A stretch of 64,000 nucleotides of DNA from Candidatus Yanofskybacteria bacterium CG10_big_fil_rev_8_21_14_0_10_36_16 (GCA_002794035.1 PCXQ01000006.1:24533-88532), one strand, 5' to 3'; shown: positions 36,622 through 46,399, counted from the stretch's first letter. Notes: generated by a model from the sequence alone, not told the origin. Program-made: numbers and translations.

Positions 36622-37284
36622 ATGTTAATTGTCAAATACCAATTCATCGTGTCGATTTTAAATAGTATAAAAAACCTTTTCGTTATAAGCCCAGACAGAA
36701 AGGGCCCCAAAGGTTTTACGTTGGTCGAGTTATTGGTTGTTATAGCCATCATTGGTATTTTGGCAACATTGTTATTGCTTCAATTGGCTGTTGCCAGAGG
36801 TAAGGCTAGAGACGTTAAAAGAATTGCCGATGTTAACCAAGTTAGAACCGCTCTTGAATTGTGGTTCGACGACAACGCAGCCCAATATCCAGCAACAATG
36901 GACTTGTATAGCGACATTGTTCCTAAATACATAGGACAATTACCACAAGATCCTCTTGCTGCTGGTGGTTGCAACACAGATGCAGGTGGCAATCCTAGGT
37001 ATGATGGAACTGCAGTTGGTACTGTTAACTGTTACGGTTATGCTTACCACCCCGATGGTGTTGCTTCAGATCCTATAAGATTCCAGGTATGGTCACAGCT
37101 TGAGCAATGGGCCCCTGCATTAGGTTCTGATGCTGACATTGACTCAACAGGTGCAGGTGTTAATGGTAACCCTTGGCCAGCTGCTGGAGCAGGAGCAACA
37201 GTAGAGGGTGGTTTGGATGATGTTACTGCCAACTGTGACGACGCCACCCCTGGAGATTGCATATACGACCAAGGAATTCTGTAA
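36622..37284 (+). CDS. Type IV pilin
   Basis: KG|FTLVELLVVIAIIGILAT, ARDVKRIAD, LPQDP; start uncertain. Confidence 0.9.
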   Translation: MLIVKYQFIVSILNSIKNLFVISPDRKGPKGFTLVELLVVIAIIGILATLLLLQLAVARGKARDVKRIADVNQVRTALELWFDDNAAQYPATMDLYSDIVPKYIGQLPQDPLAAGGCNTDAGGNPRYDGTAVGTVNCYGYAYHPDGVASDPIRFQVWSQLEQWAPALGSDADIDSTGAGVNGNPWPAAGAGATVEGGLDDVTANCDDATPGDCIYDQGIL

Positions 37285-37300
37285 AATACTCTTAGTTAGT

Positions 37301-38128
37301 GTGATACAAAACAGTATTATCTTATTCATAATCGGTACAGTAATAGGAAGCTTCCTAAATGTTCTCATTTATAGAATACCGATAGGCAAAGATTTCATTT
37401 CGGGCAGGTCATCCTGCCCGAAATGTTATAAAGTGATACCGTGGTACGGTCTTTTTCCGGTTTTTAGTTATGTCTTTCAACGAGGAAAATGCTTGTTTTG
37501 CAAAGAAAAAATAAGCATTCAATATCCTGTCATTGAAACTATTTCAGGGCTGATTTTTGTTGGAACATCAATGTTTCTATACAGCCCTTTCTTATCAATA
37601 CCCGATTTAACTTATTGGCTTTTTTATATTGCAATAATTGAAATAACATTATTACTATTTGTTATAGACTTAAAACACTTCATACTCCCTGACTCACTGG
37701 TATTATCTCTTCTTGTTGCTTTCGGAGCTTATTACTTAACAACGCAAATTCTGGGAATATCTCCGGACTATGTCCAATCCTCTCTAACTATCCAAAACAG
37801 ACTCTTAGGAAGTCTAGTAATAGGCGGCGCTTTATTTCTGCTATGGTTTTTATCCAAGGGCAGGGCTCTGGGGTTTGGTGATGTAAAGTTAATGTCTGTG
37901 CTGGGTATAATTTTTGGCTTAAAAGGTGGTATAATAATATTTTACATGGCAATGTTTATCGGCTTAATTGTTGGCTTGTTTCTAATTTTTTTCAAACAGG
38001 CAGACCTAAAGACAAAAGTGCCATTCGGAACATTTATAGGATTGTCTGTCCTAACATACATATTTTTCTATAATCAAATTATATCCTATGTTAATTTTTT
38101 AATACTAAGAGCGTTCACAACAGTATAG
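37301..38128 (+). CDS. pilD: Prepilin peptidase / N-methyltransferase
   Basis: GSFLNVLIYR, RSSCPKC..GKCLFC, IDLKHFILPD, GFGDVKL, PFGTFI; GTG 37301 preferred. Confidence 0.93.
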   Translation: MIQNSIILFIIGTVIGSFLNVLIYRIPIGKDFISGRSSCPKCYKVIPWYGLFPVFSYVFQRGKCLFCKEKISIQYPVIETISGLIFVGTSMFLYSPFLSIPDLTYWLFYIAIIEITLLLFVIDLKHFILPDSLVLSLLVAFGAYYLTTQILGISPDYVQSSLTIQNRLLGSLVIGGALFLLWFLSKGRALGFGDVKLMSVLGIIFGLKGGIIIFYMAMFIGLIVGLFLIFFKQADLKTKVPFGTFIGLSVLTYIFFYNQIISYVNFLILRAFTTV

Positions 38129-38139
38129 TTTTATAACAA

Positions 38140-38589
38140 ATGGAGTATCAAACAAAAAATCAAAAGGTTTTATTTATCTCATCTTTAATATTGTTAATTG
38201 CTTCTTTAATATACTTAAATTTTAATAACTTAAAAAACCTAATAGAAAATCGGTTCAATCTTAGTTCCCCAATTTCATCCTCAAAAACTTCGGCACTAAT
38301 CATCGATTATGGGAACGGCAGACAAAGAATGTTTGAAGGACCCGTAACAGACAACATGGATGTATTTGAAGCAATTCTTGCAGCAAAAAATGGGGGAGGT
38401 TTTAATATTTTATATCATGCCAACTCCAACAAAGAGCCCGTAGCAATTTCTTCCATAGATGAAATTGAAAGCGACCCCTTTGGAAAAAAATGGTATGTCT
38501 ACATCAACAACAACCTCATTGAACAAGGATTTGATGCTTTGTCTTTATTAATAGAAACGGGGGATTTAATTGTTTTAAAATACGAATAA
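38140..38589 (+). CDS. Membrane-anchored DUF4430-like protein
   Basis: TM, IDYGNG, ISSIDEI..WYVYIN, GDLIVLKY. Confidence 0.65.
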   Translation: MEYQTKNQKVLFISSLILLIASLIYLNFNNLKNLIENRFNLSSPISSSKTSALIIDYGNGRQRMFEGPVTDNMDVFEAILAAKNGGGFNILYHANSNKEPVAISSIDEIESDPFGKKWYVYINNNLIEQGFDALSLLIETGDLIVLKYE

Positions 38590-38689
38590 AATTATTTTAA
38601 AATCTTATCAAGACAAAGAAAAAATACACTTAAATTTAATTTCTTATTTATATAAAGACAACATAGAACTCTATCAATCGATGGCTTGC

Positions 38690-38805
38690 CCCGTTTTTAA
38701 AAAAGGAAATGTTGCTAATAACCTTCGCCCACAAGTTGCCAAATTGATGAAGCTCGGTGTTAACAAAATTTCATTTAAAAATATTCCTCCTTTTTAAAGA
38801 GCGGG
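38690..38805. mobile_element. Degenerate relative of the pilin cleavage-site element (copy E), intergenic
   Basis: CTTGC / TTTGC flanks; ends CCCGTTTTTAAAAAAGGA and TCCTTTTTAAAGAGCGGG. Confidence 0.5.
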
Positions 38806-38862
38806 TTTGCCTTGAAGTGAGATTTCTGATTGCTTTTGGGGACTAATTTAAATTTATAAATT

Positions 38863-39477
38863 ATGTTAGGCAAATTATCAAAAATAAAACAACCTGCCTT
38901 ATCTTTTATTTCCAGTAGGAAATATTTCGGGAATTCTAATTCGGGTTTTAGTTTGATTGAAGTATTGCTTGTTACTACTATTTTATCCATTTTATCAACG
39001 GTTTTAATTTTGACCTTTAGAAGTGATACATCTAATCAAGTATCGAGGATAAGGGCTGCGAAAGTAATAGCAACTGACATTAGAAGAATCCAATCATTGG
39101 CTCTTTCTACAACCTCTTATGATGGCGAAACAACATGCGGCTATGGCATGCTAAAACAAAATAGCAATACTTATATTTTATATGCCGGACTATCTGGTGG
39201 TATAACATGTCAGTCCAAACCAAAAAATTATCAAGCTGGTATAGACAAAATAATTGAGGTTAAACAAATAATTAACTCAAATCTTAAATTTCAAAACAAT
39301 TTTAAAGACATATTTTTTAAACCACCTGACCCAATAGTATACTTCCAAAACACGCACAACATCAACGCCCAGCCCGAGGAAATAAAAATAATAAAAAAGA
39401 GTGAAAACACTTGCGCTCAATCACCTTGCACAATTGTTAAAGTTTATGTAAGTGGAAAAGTAGAAATAGTACCTTAA
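38863..39477 (+). CDS. Minor pilin (FimT/GspH-like)
   Basis: SG|FSLIEVLLVTTILS; DIRRIQSLA; C-terminal SGKVE. Confidence 0.82.
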   Translation: MLGKLSKIKQPALSFISSRKYFGNSNSGFSLIEVLLVTTILSILSTVLILTFRSDTSNQVSRIRAAKVIATDIRRIQSLALSTTSYDGETTCGYGMLKQNSNTYILYAGLSGGITCQSKPKNYQAGIDKIIEVKQIINSNLKFQNNFKDIFFKPPDPIVYFQNTHNINAQPEEIKIIKKSENTCAQSPCTIVKVYVSGKVEIVP

Positions 39478-39584
39478 TGCTTTATCTTCATAAAAAAAGG
39501 CTTAATTCATACAATCTGAAACCACTGGAAGATAGTGGTGGTTTTACCCCACTCTTGAACAGCTTGTTTCTACTATTCGTTTAA
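39477..39584 (+). CDS. Short uORF: displaced prepilin leader (MLYLHKKRLNSYNLKPLEDSGG|FTPLLNSLFLLFV)
   Basis: ATG overlaps the upstream stop (TAATG); G|FT, then element-encoded tail to TAA 39582-39584. Confidence 0.55.
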   Translation: MLYLHKKRLNSYNLKPLEDSGGFTPLLNSLFLLFV

Positions 39585-39651
39585 TTAAAATATGAAATTT
39601 AAATTAATAAAGACATTGTTTAACAATGATTTTCCTTATTCAAGGGCGGGG
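39548..39651. mobile_element. Pilin cleavage-site element, copy C (104 bp)
   Basis: TTTAC at 39543-39547 and 39652-39656; ends CCCACTCTTGAA / TTCAAGGGCGGGG. Confidence 0.8.
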
Positions 39652-40143
39652 TTTACTCTGGTTGAAGTTGCAATATCAACCGTAATTTTGGGTATTTTTA
39701 TGTCTGCACTTCTGTTTATTTTATCTTTAAGCATATCCAGTGCCACTACTGTAAAAAATAATTTTGTTGCAGCATTTTTGGCCCAAGAAGGTGTAGAACT
39801 AATGAACAATCTGAGACACGAAGACTGGATTCAAGGAAGAGAATTCGGGTCTTTTGGAAGTATTCTAGGTGCCGTAAGTGACGGTGAATACCGTATTCAA
39901 TGGGACTCACTTGAACTCATGTCTCTAAACGGAAATCCACAATTACTAATTGATGATTCGACTGGATTGTATGGATACTCTGATGGAGGAATAGTTGGTG
40001 GAAATTCTGGTTTTTATAGAAAAGTAATAGTTGAAACTGTTGTTCCAGATATAGAAAAAAGGGTTACAGTAAGAATAGAATGGTCTGATGATGGAAATGC
40101 AAAACAAATAAACACGGAGTGGCATGCATTTAATTGGAAGTAA
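39592..40143 (+). CDS. Minor pilin (PilV-like)
   Basis: SRAG|FTLVEVAIS; AAFLAQEGVE; RVTVRIEW. Confidence 0.85.
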   Translation: MKFKLIKTLFNNDFPYSRAGFTLVEVAISTVILGIFMSALLFILSLSISSATTVKNNFVAAFLAQEGVELMNNLRHEDWIQGREFGSFGSILGAVSDGEYRIQWDSLELMSLNGNPQLLIDDSTGLYGYSDGGIVGGNSGFYRKVIVETVVPDIEKRVTVRIEWSDDGNAKQINTEWHAFNWK

Positions 40144-40182
40144 ACAATGACTAATTTTTGTTAATCAATTTTTAAAAAACTA

Positions 40183-40287
40183 ATGCAATTAAAACCAACA
40201 AAACAATTATTTAATAGTACTTTTTCACTCTCCTCAAGAGCAAGGTTTACCCCACTCTTGAACAGCTCGTTTCTACTATTCGTTTAA
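40183..40287 (+). CDS. Short uORF: displaced leader (MQLKPTKQLFNSTFSLSSRAR|FTPLLNSSFLLFV)
   Basis: ATG 40183 to TAA 40285-40287; TCAAGAGCAAGG before TTTAC resembles a decayed element right end. Confidence 0.5.
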   Translation: MQLKPTKQLFNSTFSLSSRARFTPLLNSSFLLFV

Positions 40288-40354
40288 TTAAAATATGAAA
40301 TTTAAATTAATAAAGACATTGTTTAACAATGATTTTCCTTATTCAAGGGCGGGG
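40251..40354. mobile_element. Pilin cleavage-site element, copy D (104 bp)
   Basis: TTTAC at 40246-40250 and 40355-40359; differs from copy C at one base. Confidence 0.8.
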
Positions 40355-40852
40355 TTTACCGTATTTGAAATGTTAACTGCGGGCACAATATTTACCATTG
40401 CTCTTGTTGTTGTTACGGGGTCGTTTGTGCAATCTCTAAGAACAGAAAGGCGTGCCGATAATATAAAGATAGTACAAGAAGATGCTCTGTTTGTTATGGA
40501 AGTTATAAGCAGAGAAATCAGGGTAGCTGAAATCCAAAATAGAACGGGTGATCCTGACTGCCCAGACGATCAGCCAGCATTAGTGCTTTGCATAATTCAC
40601 CCTGTAAATGGCGACATCGTATATTCAATTTCTAATAATCAAATACACAGGAACGTTAATGGTAAAGACACCATATTAAGTTCAGACAATATTGAGTTTA
40701 CAAAACTAGAATTTTACCATTCAGGACTTGAAGCTGGTGATGGCTTGCAGCCCCGAATAACAATTTTAGCAACAGTAAAAAGCGTGGGTCCAAATGAAAC
40801 TGTCGAAATAAAAGTACAAACAACAGTATCTCAAAGATTATTACAAAGCTAA
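40295..40852 (+). CDS. Minor pilin (PilW-like)
   Basis: SRAG|FTVFEMLTAG; EVISREIR; C-terminal QTTVSQR. Confidence 0.85.
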   Translation: MKFKLIKTLFNNDFPYSRAGFTVFEMLTAGTIFTIALVVVTGSFVQSLRTERRADNIKIVQEDALFVMEVISREIRVAEIQNRTGDPDCPDDQPALVLCIIHPVNGDIVYSISNNQIHRNVNGKDTILSSDNIEFTKLEFYHSGLEAGDGLQPRITILATVKSVGPNETVEIKVQTTVSQRLLQS

Positions 40853-41826
40853 TGAAATATTATAAAAACAATTCTGGAATTGCCTTATTGCTAACCATAG
40901 TTTTTGTTACAGCAATGATCACTGTTATGATAGCTCTAATTGCAACATTCTTACCGAGAATAAAAACCTCATTTGATGTTAAAAATTCGGTAAATGCTCT
41001 ATACGCCGCGGATACAGGGATTGAATATTGTTTATATGTTAGAAAAGCAATACTCACAGGAAGCAGATTGTATTGGAAATTTAATGAGGGTAACGGTAAT
41101 AAAGTTTATGACTCAACAACAAGTAGCAATGACGGCAATATTTTTGGAAACAGAATTTGGACCATAGGTTTTTCAGGCAATGCGCTCCAATTTGACGGAG
41201 CTGGGGATTATATACTACACGAAAACGGAAGCACCGGGAGGCCGACATCACTCGCCAACAACCCTCTAAGTTTTACCGCTTGGATAAAAACACTCTCAAC
41301 AGAAGGACTGATCATGCAACAAGGTTCTACAGATGCCGGAATGATGCTTGCCATAAGAGGCGGTAGGGCCGAATTTACATACAGGTGGAGCGCCTCAAGC
41401 CTTACAACACTTACAGGGACAACCTTTGTTAATGATAACAATTGGCATCTTTTAGTCGGAACCATAGATGGATCGGGTAATATGAGGTTGGTGGTTGATA
41501 ATCAAACACAGGGTACAGGATTAGCGACCCTATCTACAACCGAACCAACTTATGGTTTTCTGGTAGGATCTGCAGTGGCAATATCAGGAGGAGTTATAAA
41601 CCCCACAGCTGATTTTAATGGAACAATCGATGATGTAAGAATATATGCCAAAGATTTGACTCCTGATATAATTGAAATTATATATAATGGTTTTACTCTA
41701 CCAGTCTTTCAAAACGATTCTGAATTTACCCTCAATCCACCAGATTGTACAACAGAACCTCTTATATCAGTAGGCTCCTCTGGAACCTTTAGAGGAGTAA
41801 ACAGGGCTTTTGAAATAAGTTTTTAA
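40852..41826 (+). CDS. PilX-like minor pilin with inserted LamG/concanavalin-like domain
   Basis: SG|IALLLTI, ALYAADTGIEY, YWKFNEG..ALQFDG..DNNWHLLV..FNGTIDDVRIY, C-terminal RAFEI. Confidence 0.85.
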   Translation: MKYYKNNSGIALLLTIVFVTAMITVMIALIATFLPRIKTSFDVKNSVNALYAADTGIEYCLYVRKAILTGSRLYWKFNEGNGNKVYDSTTSSNDGNIFGNRIWTIGFSGNALQFDGAGDYILHENGSTGRPTSLANNPLSFTAWIKTLSTEGLIMQQGSTDAGMMLAIRGGRAEFTYRWSASSLTTLTGTTFVNDNNWHLLVGTIDGSGNMRLVVDNQTQGTGLATLSTTEPTYGFLVGSAVAISGGVINPTADFNGTIDDVRIYAKDLTPDIIEIIYNGFTLPVFQNDSEFTLNPPDCTTEPLISVGSSGTFRGVNRAFEISF

Positions 41827-41919
41827 CATTGAATAGTTTTTATTTTATGTATTAAAAAACGCCATTTTTAGTGCGTTTTTTAATTGAAAATATCAATTAG
41901 AAGTGGTTAAATTATATTA

Positions 41920-43974
41920 ATGAACGACAAAAACCCAACAAAACAAGAGGCAAAAGAAAGAATAGAACAGCTTAAAAAACTTATTAAAAAATACCGTTAT
42001 AGCAGATTAACTCTAGACAAACCGTTGGCGGAAGAACAGGTTGAGGACTCCTTAAAAAAGGAACTTTTTGATTTGGAACAACAATATCCTGATTTAATTA
42101 CTCCTGATTCTCCCAGCCAAAGAGTAGGAGGAAAACCGCTTGATAAATTTGAAAAATTTAAACACCCTCGCCCCATGTTGTCATTTAATGATGCTTTTAA
42201 TCAAAACGACATGGAAGATTGGCAGGATAGAATTGCAAGGGTCTTAAACGTAGAAATCCCAAAAGATGGACATGCCCGCTCAAATTTTGCAGAGCAAAAA
42301 CTAGGTGGGTATTATTGCGAATTAAAACTTGATGGGCTTGCAATTGAGTTGGTTTATAAAGATGGCAAATTAGAAGTTGGTTCAACAAGAGGAGACGGAT
42401 TGGTAGGTGAAAATGTGACTCAAAATTTAAAAACAATAGAATCAATTCCTTTGTCTTTGATAGCAGACCCCAACAACAAAGAGGTGGTGGTTAGAGGAGA
42501 GGTCTTTATTAATAAGAAAGATTTTGAAAAAATAAACAAAAAATACGAAAAGGAAGTTAAAAAAACATATGCCAATCCAAGAAACCTTGCTGCGGGCTCT
42601 GTTCGACAGCTAAACTCTAAGATTACAGCCGAAAGAAATCTAGATTTCTTTGCTTATGATTTAATAACAGATTTTGGTCAAAAAACCCACGAAGACAAAC
42701 ATGATATTTTAAAAAATATGGGCTTCCCAACAAACCCCAACAACAAATTCTGCAAAAACTTAAAAGAAGTCCAAACATTTAGAGATCAATGGGAAAAACA
42801 AAAAGAAAAATTACCCTATCAAATAGATGGTGTAGTTGTTCAAATAAACGATAATAAATTATTTGAAAAATTAGGAGTTGTTGGAAAATCACCTCGCGCC
42901 GCAATTGCTTATAAGTTTTCGCCTGAGCACGGAACTACAAAGGTTAAAGACATCATAATAAGCGTAGGCAGAACTGGAACACTAACCCCTGTGGCAATAC
43001 TTGAACCAGTTGAAATTGGAGGTACAACCGTAAGCAGAGCTACTTTACATAACGAGGATGAAATAGATCGTCTTGGCATAAAAATAGGCGATACAGTAGT
43101 AGTAGGCAGAGCAGGAGACGTTATACCAGACATATTAGAAGTCATTAAGGACCTAAGAACAGGCAAAGAAAAAACGTTTAGATTCCCCGAGCAATGCCCA
43201 ATTTGTGGCAACAAAACTGAACGCGCAAAAGGTGAAGCCGCCCACAAATGTGTAAATAAAAATTGCCCTGCAATAAAAAGAAGGGGCATGTATCATTTTG
43301 TATCAAGAGGAGCATTAGATATCGAAGGATTGGGACCTAAAATCATAGATCAACTATTAGATGCGGGACTAATTAAAGATTCCGCTGATTTATACAATTT
43401 AAAAAAAGAAGATCTCTTAAACCTTGAACGTTTTGCTGAAAAATCTGCCGAGAATACCATAAACGCAATACAAGACAGAAAAAAAATACCGCTTGATCGT
43501 TTTATATATGCACTAGGTATTCCAAATGTTGGTTCTGAAACAGCGCTGGATCTTGCAAGAAAATATGGAACATTAGAAAAATTATCTAAAGCCAACTTTG
43601 AAGAACTGGAAAAAATAAAGGACATCGGCAATGTAGTCGCCAAAAGCATAGACAACTGGTTCACTGATCCTTACCACAAAAACTTGCTCAATAAATTTAA
43701 AGAATCTGGAGTTAAAGCACTAGAACAAAAAACATCACAAAAATCTTCTAAACTAAAAGATCTCACATTTGTTTTCACGGGAACGCTAGAGTCAATAACT
43801 CGAGAAGATGCTGAGGAACTAGCACGAGAAAATGGAGGCAACACATCATCATCTGTTTCAAAAGCAACAGATTACCTTGTAACAGGTGAAAGCCCTGGTT
43901 CAAAGTATGACAAAGCTCAAAAATTAGGCATCAAAATAATAAGCGAGGAAGAATTCATAAAATTGTTAAAGTAA
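41920..43974 (+). CDS. ligA: NAD-dependent DNA ligase
   Basis: ELKLDG, TRGDG, RGEV, ANPRN, RATLHN, zinc finger, HhH, BRCT. Confidence 0.97.
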   Translation: MNDKNPTKQEAKERIEQLKKLIKKYRYSRLTLDKPLAEEQVEDSLKKELFDLEQQYPDLITPDSPSQRVGGKPLDKFEKFKHPRPMLSFNDAFNQNDMEDWQDRIARVLNVEIPKDGHARSNFAEQKLGGYYCELKLDGLAIELVYKDGKLEVGSTRGDGLVGENVTQNLKTIESIPLSLIADPNNKEVVVRGEVFINKKDFEKINKKYEKEVKKTYANPRNLAAGSVRQLNSKITAERNLDFFAYDLITDFGQKTHEDKHDILKNMGFPTNPNNKFCKNLKEVQTFRDQWEKQKEKLPYQIDGVVVQINDNKLFEKLGVVGKSPRAAIAYKFSPEHGTTKVKDIIISVGRTGTLTPVAILEPVEIGGTTVSRATLHNEDEIDRLGIKIGDTVVVGRAGDVIPDILEVIKDLRTGKEKTFRFPEQCPICGNKTERAKGEAAHKCVNKNCPAIKRRGMYHFVSRGALDIEGLGPKIIDQLLDAGLIKDSADLYNLKKEDLLNLERFAEKSAENTINAIQDRKKIPLDRFIYALGIPNVGSETALDLARKYGTLEKLSKANFEELEKIKDIGNVVAKSIDNWFTDPYHKNLLNKFKESGVKALEQKTSQKSSKLKDLTFVFTGTLESITREDAEELARENGGNTSSSVSKATDYLVTGESPGSKYDKAQKLGIKIISEEEFIKLLK

Positions 43975-44044
43975 AAAACATAATAATAATCATGATAAAA
44001 CTTAGGTTTTTTTAATATTTTGTGTTAATTTATGAATATAACTT

Positions 44045-44356
44045 ATGTCAAAAATAACTAAAATTGAAGTAACAAATATTGCAAATCTTGCTCGAATCGA
44101 TTTAACAGACAAAGAAAAAGAAAAAATGGCCAAAGAGCTTGGTTCGGTTTTGGAATATATTGATCAGCTTCAAGAAGTTGATACTAGCAAAGTCCAAGCG
44201 GACATTAACCCCCATCACGAACTTATTAATATTTTAAGAGAAGATGATAAATTAAGTCATGAACCCGCTGAAAATACGGATAAATTATTAAAAGAAGCTC
44301 CTGAAACAAAAGATGGTTTCATTAAGGTTAAATCCGTATTTAATAAAGATAAATGA
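44045..44356 (+). CDS. gatC: Asp/Glu-tRNA amidotransferase subunit C
   Basis: IANLARI, LRED, FIKVKSV; directly upstream of gatA. Confidence 0.93.
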   Translation: MSKITKIEVTNIANLARIDLTDKEKEKMAKELGSVLEYIDQLQEVDTSKVQADINPHHELINILREDDKLSHEPAENTDKLLKEAPETKDGFIKVKSVFNKDK

Positions 44357-45762
44357 CAAAAGAAAACACAATTAAATCAATTCACGAAAGCCTTGAGAAA
44401 GGAGAATTTAGTGCAGAAGAAATTTTTAAACATTACCATGACAAGATAAACAAAAAGAATAAGGAACTAAACGCTTATCTTTCTGTGTTTAAAGACCCTC
44501 AAATTGAAGGCTCACGTCCTTCAGTTCTTTCAGGCATACCCTCAGCAATCAAGGACAATATTTTAATTGAAGGTGAAAAATGTACCGCAGCATCTAAAAT
44601 CCTAGAAAATTACACTGCAACATATGACGCAGGTGTTATATCAAAACTAAAAAAATCAGGTGTTCAATTTTTAGGAAAAACGAACATGGATGATTCCGCA
44701 ATGGGTGCATCTGGAGAAAGTTCAGCTTTTGGTCCAACAAAAAATCCTCATGACTTATCTAGAGTGCCCGGTGGTTCATCAAGCGGTTCAGCTGCTGCTG
44801 TAGCTGCTGACCTTGCTGTTTTTGCTTTGGGCTCAGACACAGGAGGATCAATCAGGTGCCCAGCATCGTTTTGTGGGATTGTAGGATTAAACCCAACATA
44901 TGGCAGAGTATCGCGCCATGGTTTAATAGCTATGGCATCAAGTTTAGACCAGATAGGGCCTCTTACAAAAAATGTAGAAGATGCAGCTCTGATTTTAAAT
45001 GCCATATCAGGACATGACGAGATGGATGCAACTTCAGCAAAAAAAGAAGTGCCTGACTTTACCAAAAACTTAGACAAGCCACTAAAAGGATTACGTGCCG
45101 CAGTACCAAAAGAATTTATGGGGGAAGGATTAGAAGAAAACGTAAAACAATTAGTATTAAAAACCATAGCAAAGCTTGAATCGCTTGGTGTTCACGTGGA
45201 TCAAGTTTCTATGCCTCACTTAAAATATTCCATAGCTGTTTATTATATTATTGTACCTTCCGAGGTTTCTGCTAACTTAGCAAGGCTTGATGGCATAAGA
45301 TACGGCTTATCTGAAAAAGCTGACAATTTATTCGATGTTTATGCAAAATCAAAAGAAAAAGGATTTGGTCCGGAAATCAAAAGAAGGATAATGCTTGGAA
45401 CCTATGCGTTATCTTCTGGTTATTACGATGCCTATTACAAAAAAGCACAAAAGGTGCGAACTGTTATAAGACATGATTTTGATAAGGTTTTTGAAGATTT
45501 TGACATTATTGTTGGTCCAACAATGCCCACTCCCGCATTTAAACTAGGAGAAAAATCAGAGGATCCTCTATCTATGTATTTAGCAGATATATTTACATGT
45601 CCTTCTAAGCTTGCTGGATTACCTGCTATTTCTGTGCCTTGCGGTATCACGAATAAACTACCAGTAGGATTTCAAATAATAGGCAGACATTTTGATGAAT
45701 ACACCTTATTAAGGGTAGGTCACCAACTAGAAAAAGAAGGGATAAAAAACCAGACGGTTTAA
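44353..45762 (+). CDS. gatA: Asp/Glu-tRNA amidotransferase subunit A
   Basis: IKDN, GGSSSGS, GSDTGGSIR, RRIMLGTY..GYYDAYY. Confidence 0.96.
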   Translation: MTKENTIKSIHESLEKGEFSAEEIFKHYHDKINKKNKELNAYLSVFKDPQIEGSRPSVLSGIPSAIKDNILIEGEKCTAASKILENYTATYDAGVISKLKKSGVQFLGKTNMDDSAMGASGESSAFGPTKNPHDLSRVPGGSSSGSAAAVAADLAVFALGSDTGGSIRCPASFCGIVGLNPTYGRVSRHGLIAMASSLDQIGPLTKNVEDAALILNAISGHDEMDATSAKKEVPDFTKNLDKPLKGLRAAVPKEFMGEGLEENVKQLVLKTIAKLESLGVHVDQVSMPHLKYSIAVYYIIVPSEVSANLARLDGIRYGLSEKADNLFDVYAKSKEKGFGPEIKRRIMLGTYALSSGYYDAYYKKAQKVRTVIRHDFDKVFEDFDIIVGPTMPTPAFKLGEKSEDPLSMYLADIFTCPSKLAGLPAISVPCGITNKLPVGFQIIGRHFDEYTLLRVGHQLEKEGIKNQTV

Positions 45763-45772
45763 TTAATAAACA

Positions 45773-46399
45773 ATGGCCATTGCTCAAGCTAATAATTTAA
45801 ATTTCACATCGAGTACTGATGCAGCACAAAATGTCGGACCCAACTTAGGTCCAGCAATTGCTCAAATAGCAACTCGGGCCTTTGATTTTGTGCAAAATTT
45901 TGATTATGTAGGGCTTTTATCTACCTTAAGATTTATTTCTTACATATTTACAGTTATATTTGTTTTAATTCTGGGATATATACTTTATAAAGTAAGCCAA
46001 TTGTCATCAAAAGGAACAGGAAGTAGTATGCCACTAGAGGGCATCAAAGACGAGCTCTCACCACCCCAGCCAGCTCAAAGTGCCTACGATGCAAGATGGA
46101 AAGAAATTAAGAAACATGCCGAATCATTCAATGTTGCCGAGTGGAAATTTGCCGTAGTTGAGGGAGACAAACTTGTTCATGACACCTTAAAGAAAGCAGG
46201 TTTTGGTACTGGGTCAATGGGAGACATTCTAGAATCAACATCACATGATCAGTTGCCTGAAATAGGAAACCTGTGGGATGCTCACAAACTAAGAAATCTA
46301 TTAGTTCATGATTCAGATTATGAACTAACCCACAACCAAGCCTTGGCTGCAATAAATGTTTTTGAAAGGGTATTAAAAGAATTAGGCGCAATAAACTAA
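45773..46399 (+). CDS. Hypothetical membrane-anchored protein
   Basis: One TM; W..AVVEGD..L..G..MG..AHKLRN..VH helical C-terminal domain. Confidence 0.65.
   Translation: MAIAQANNLNFTSSTDAAQNVGPNLGPAIAQIATRAFDFVQNFDYVGLLSTLRFISYIFTVIFVLILGYILYKVSQLSSKGTGSSMPLEGIKDELSPPQPAQSAYDARWKEIKKHAESFNVAEWKFAVVEGDKLVHDTLKKAGFGTGSMGDILESTSHDQLPEIGNLWDAHKLRNLLVHDSDYELTHNQALAAINVFERVLKELGAIN

Noticed and set aside
39543-40359. Diversity-generating retroelement TR/VR pair
   Set aside because: The 114-bp repeats differ at a single T/C position, lie at 5' ends rather than C-terminal variable regions, and no reverse transcriptase is in the window.
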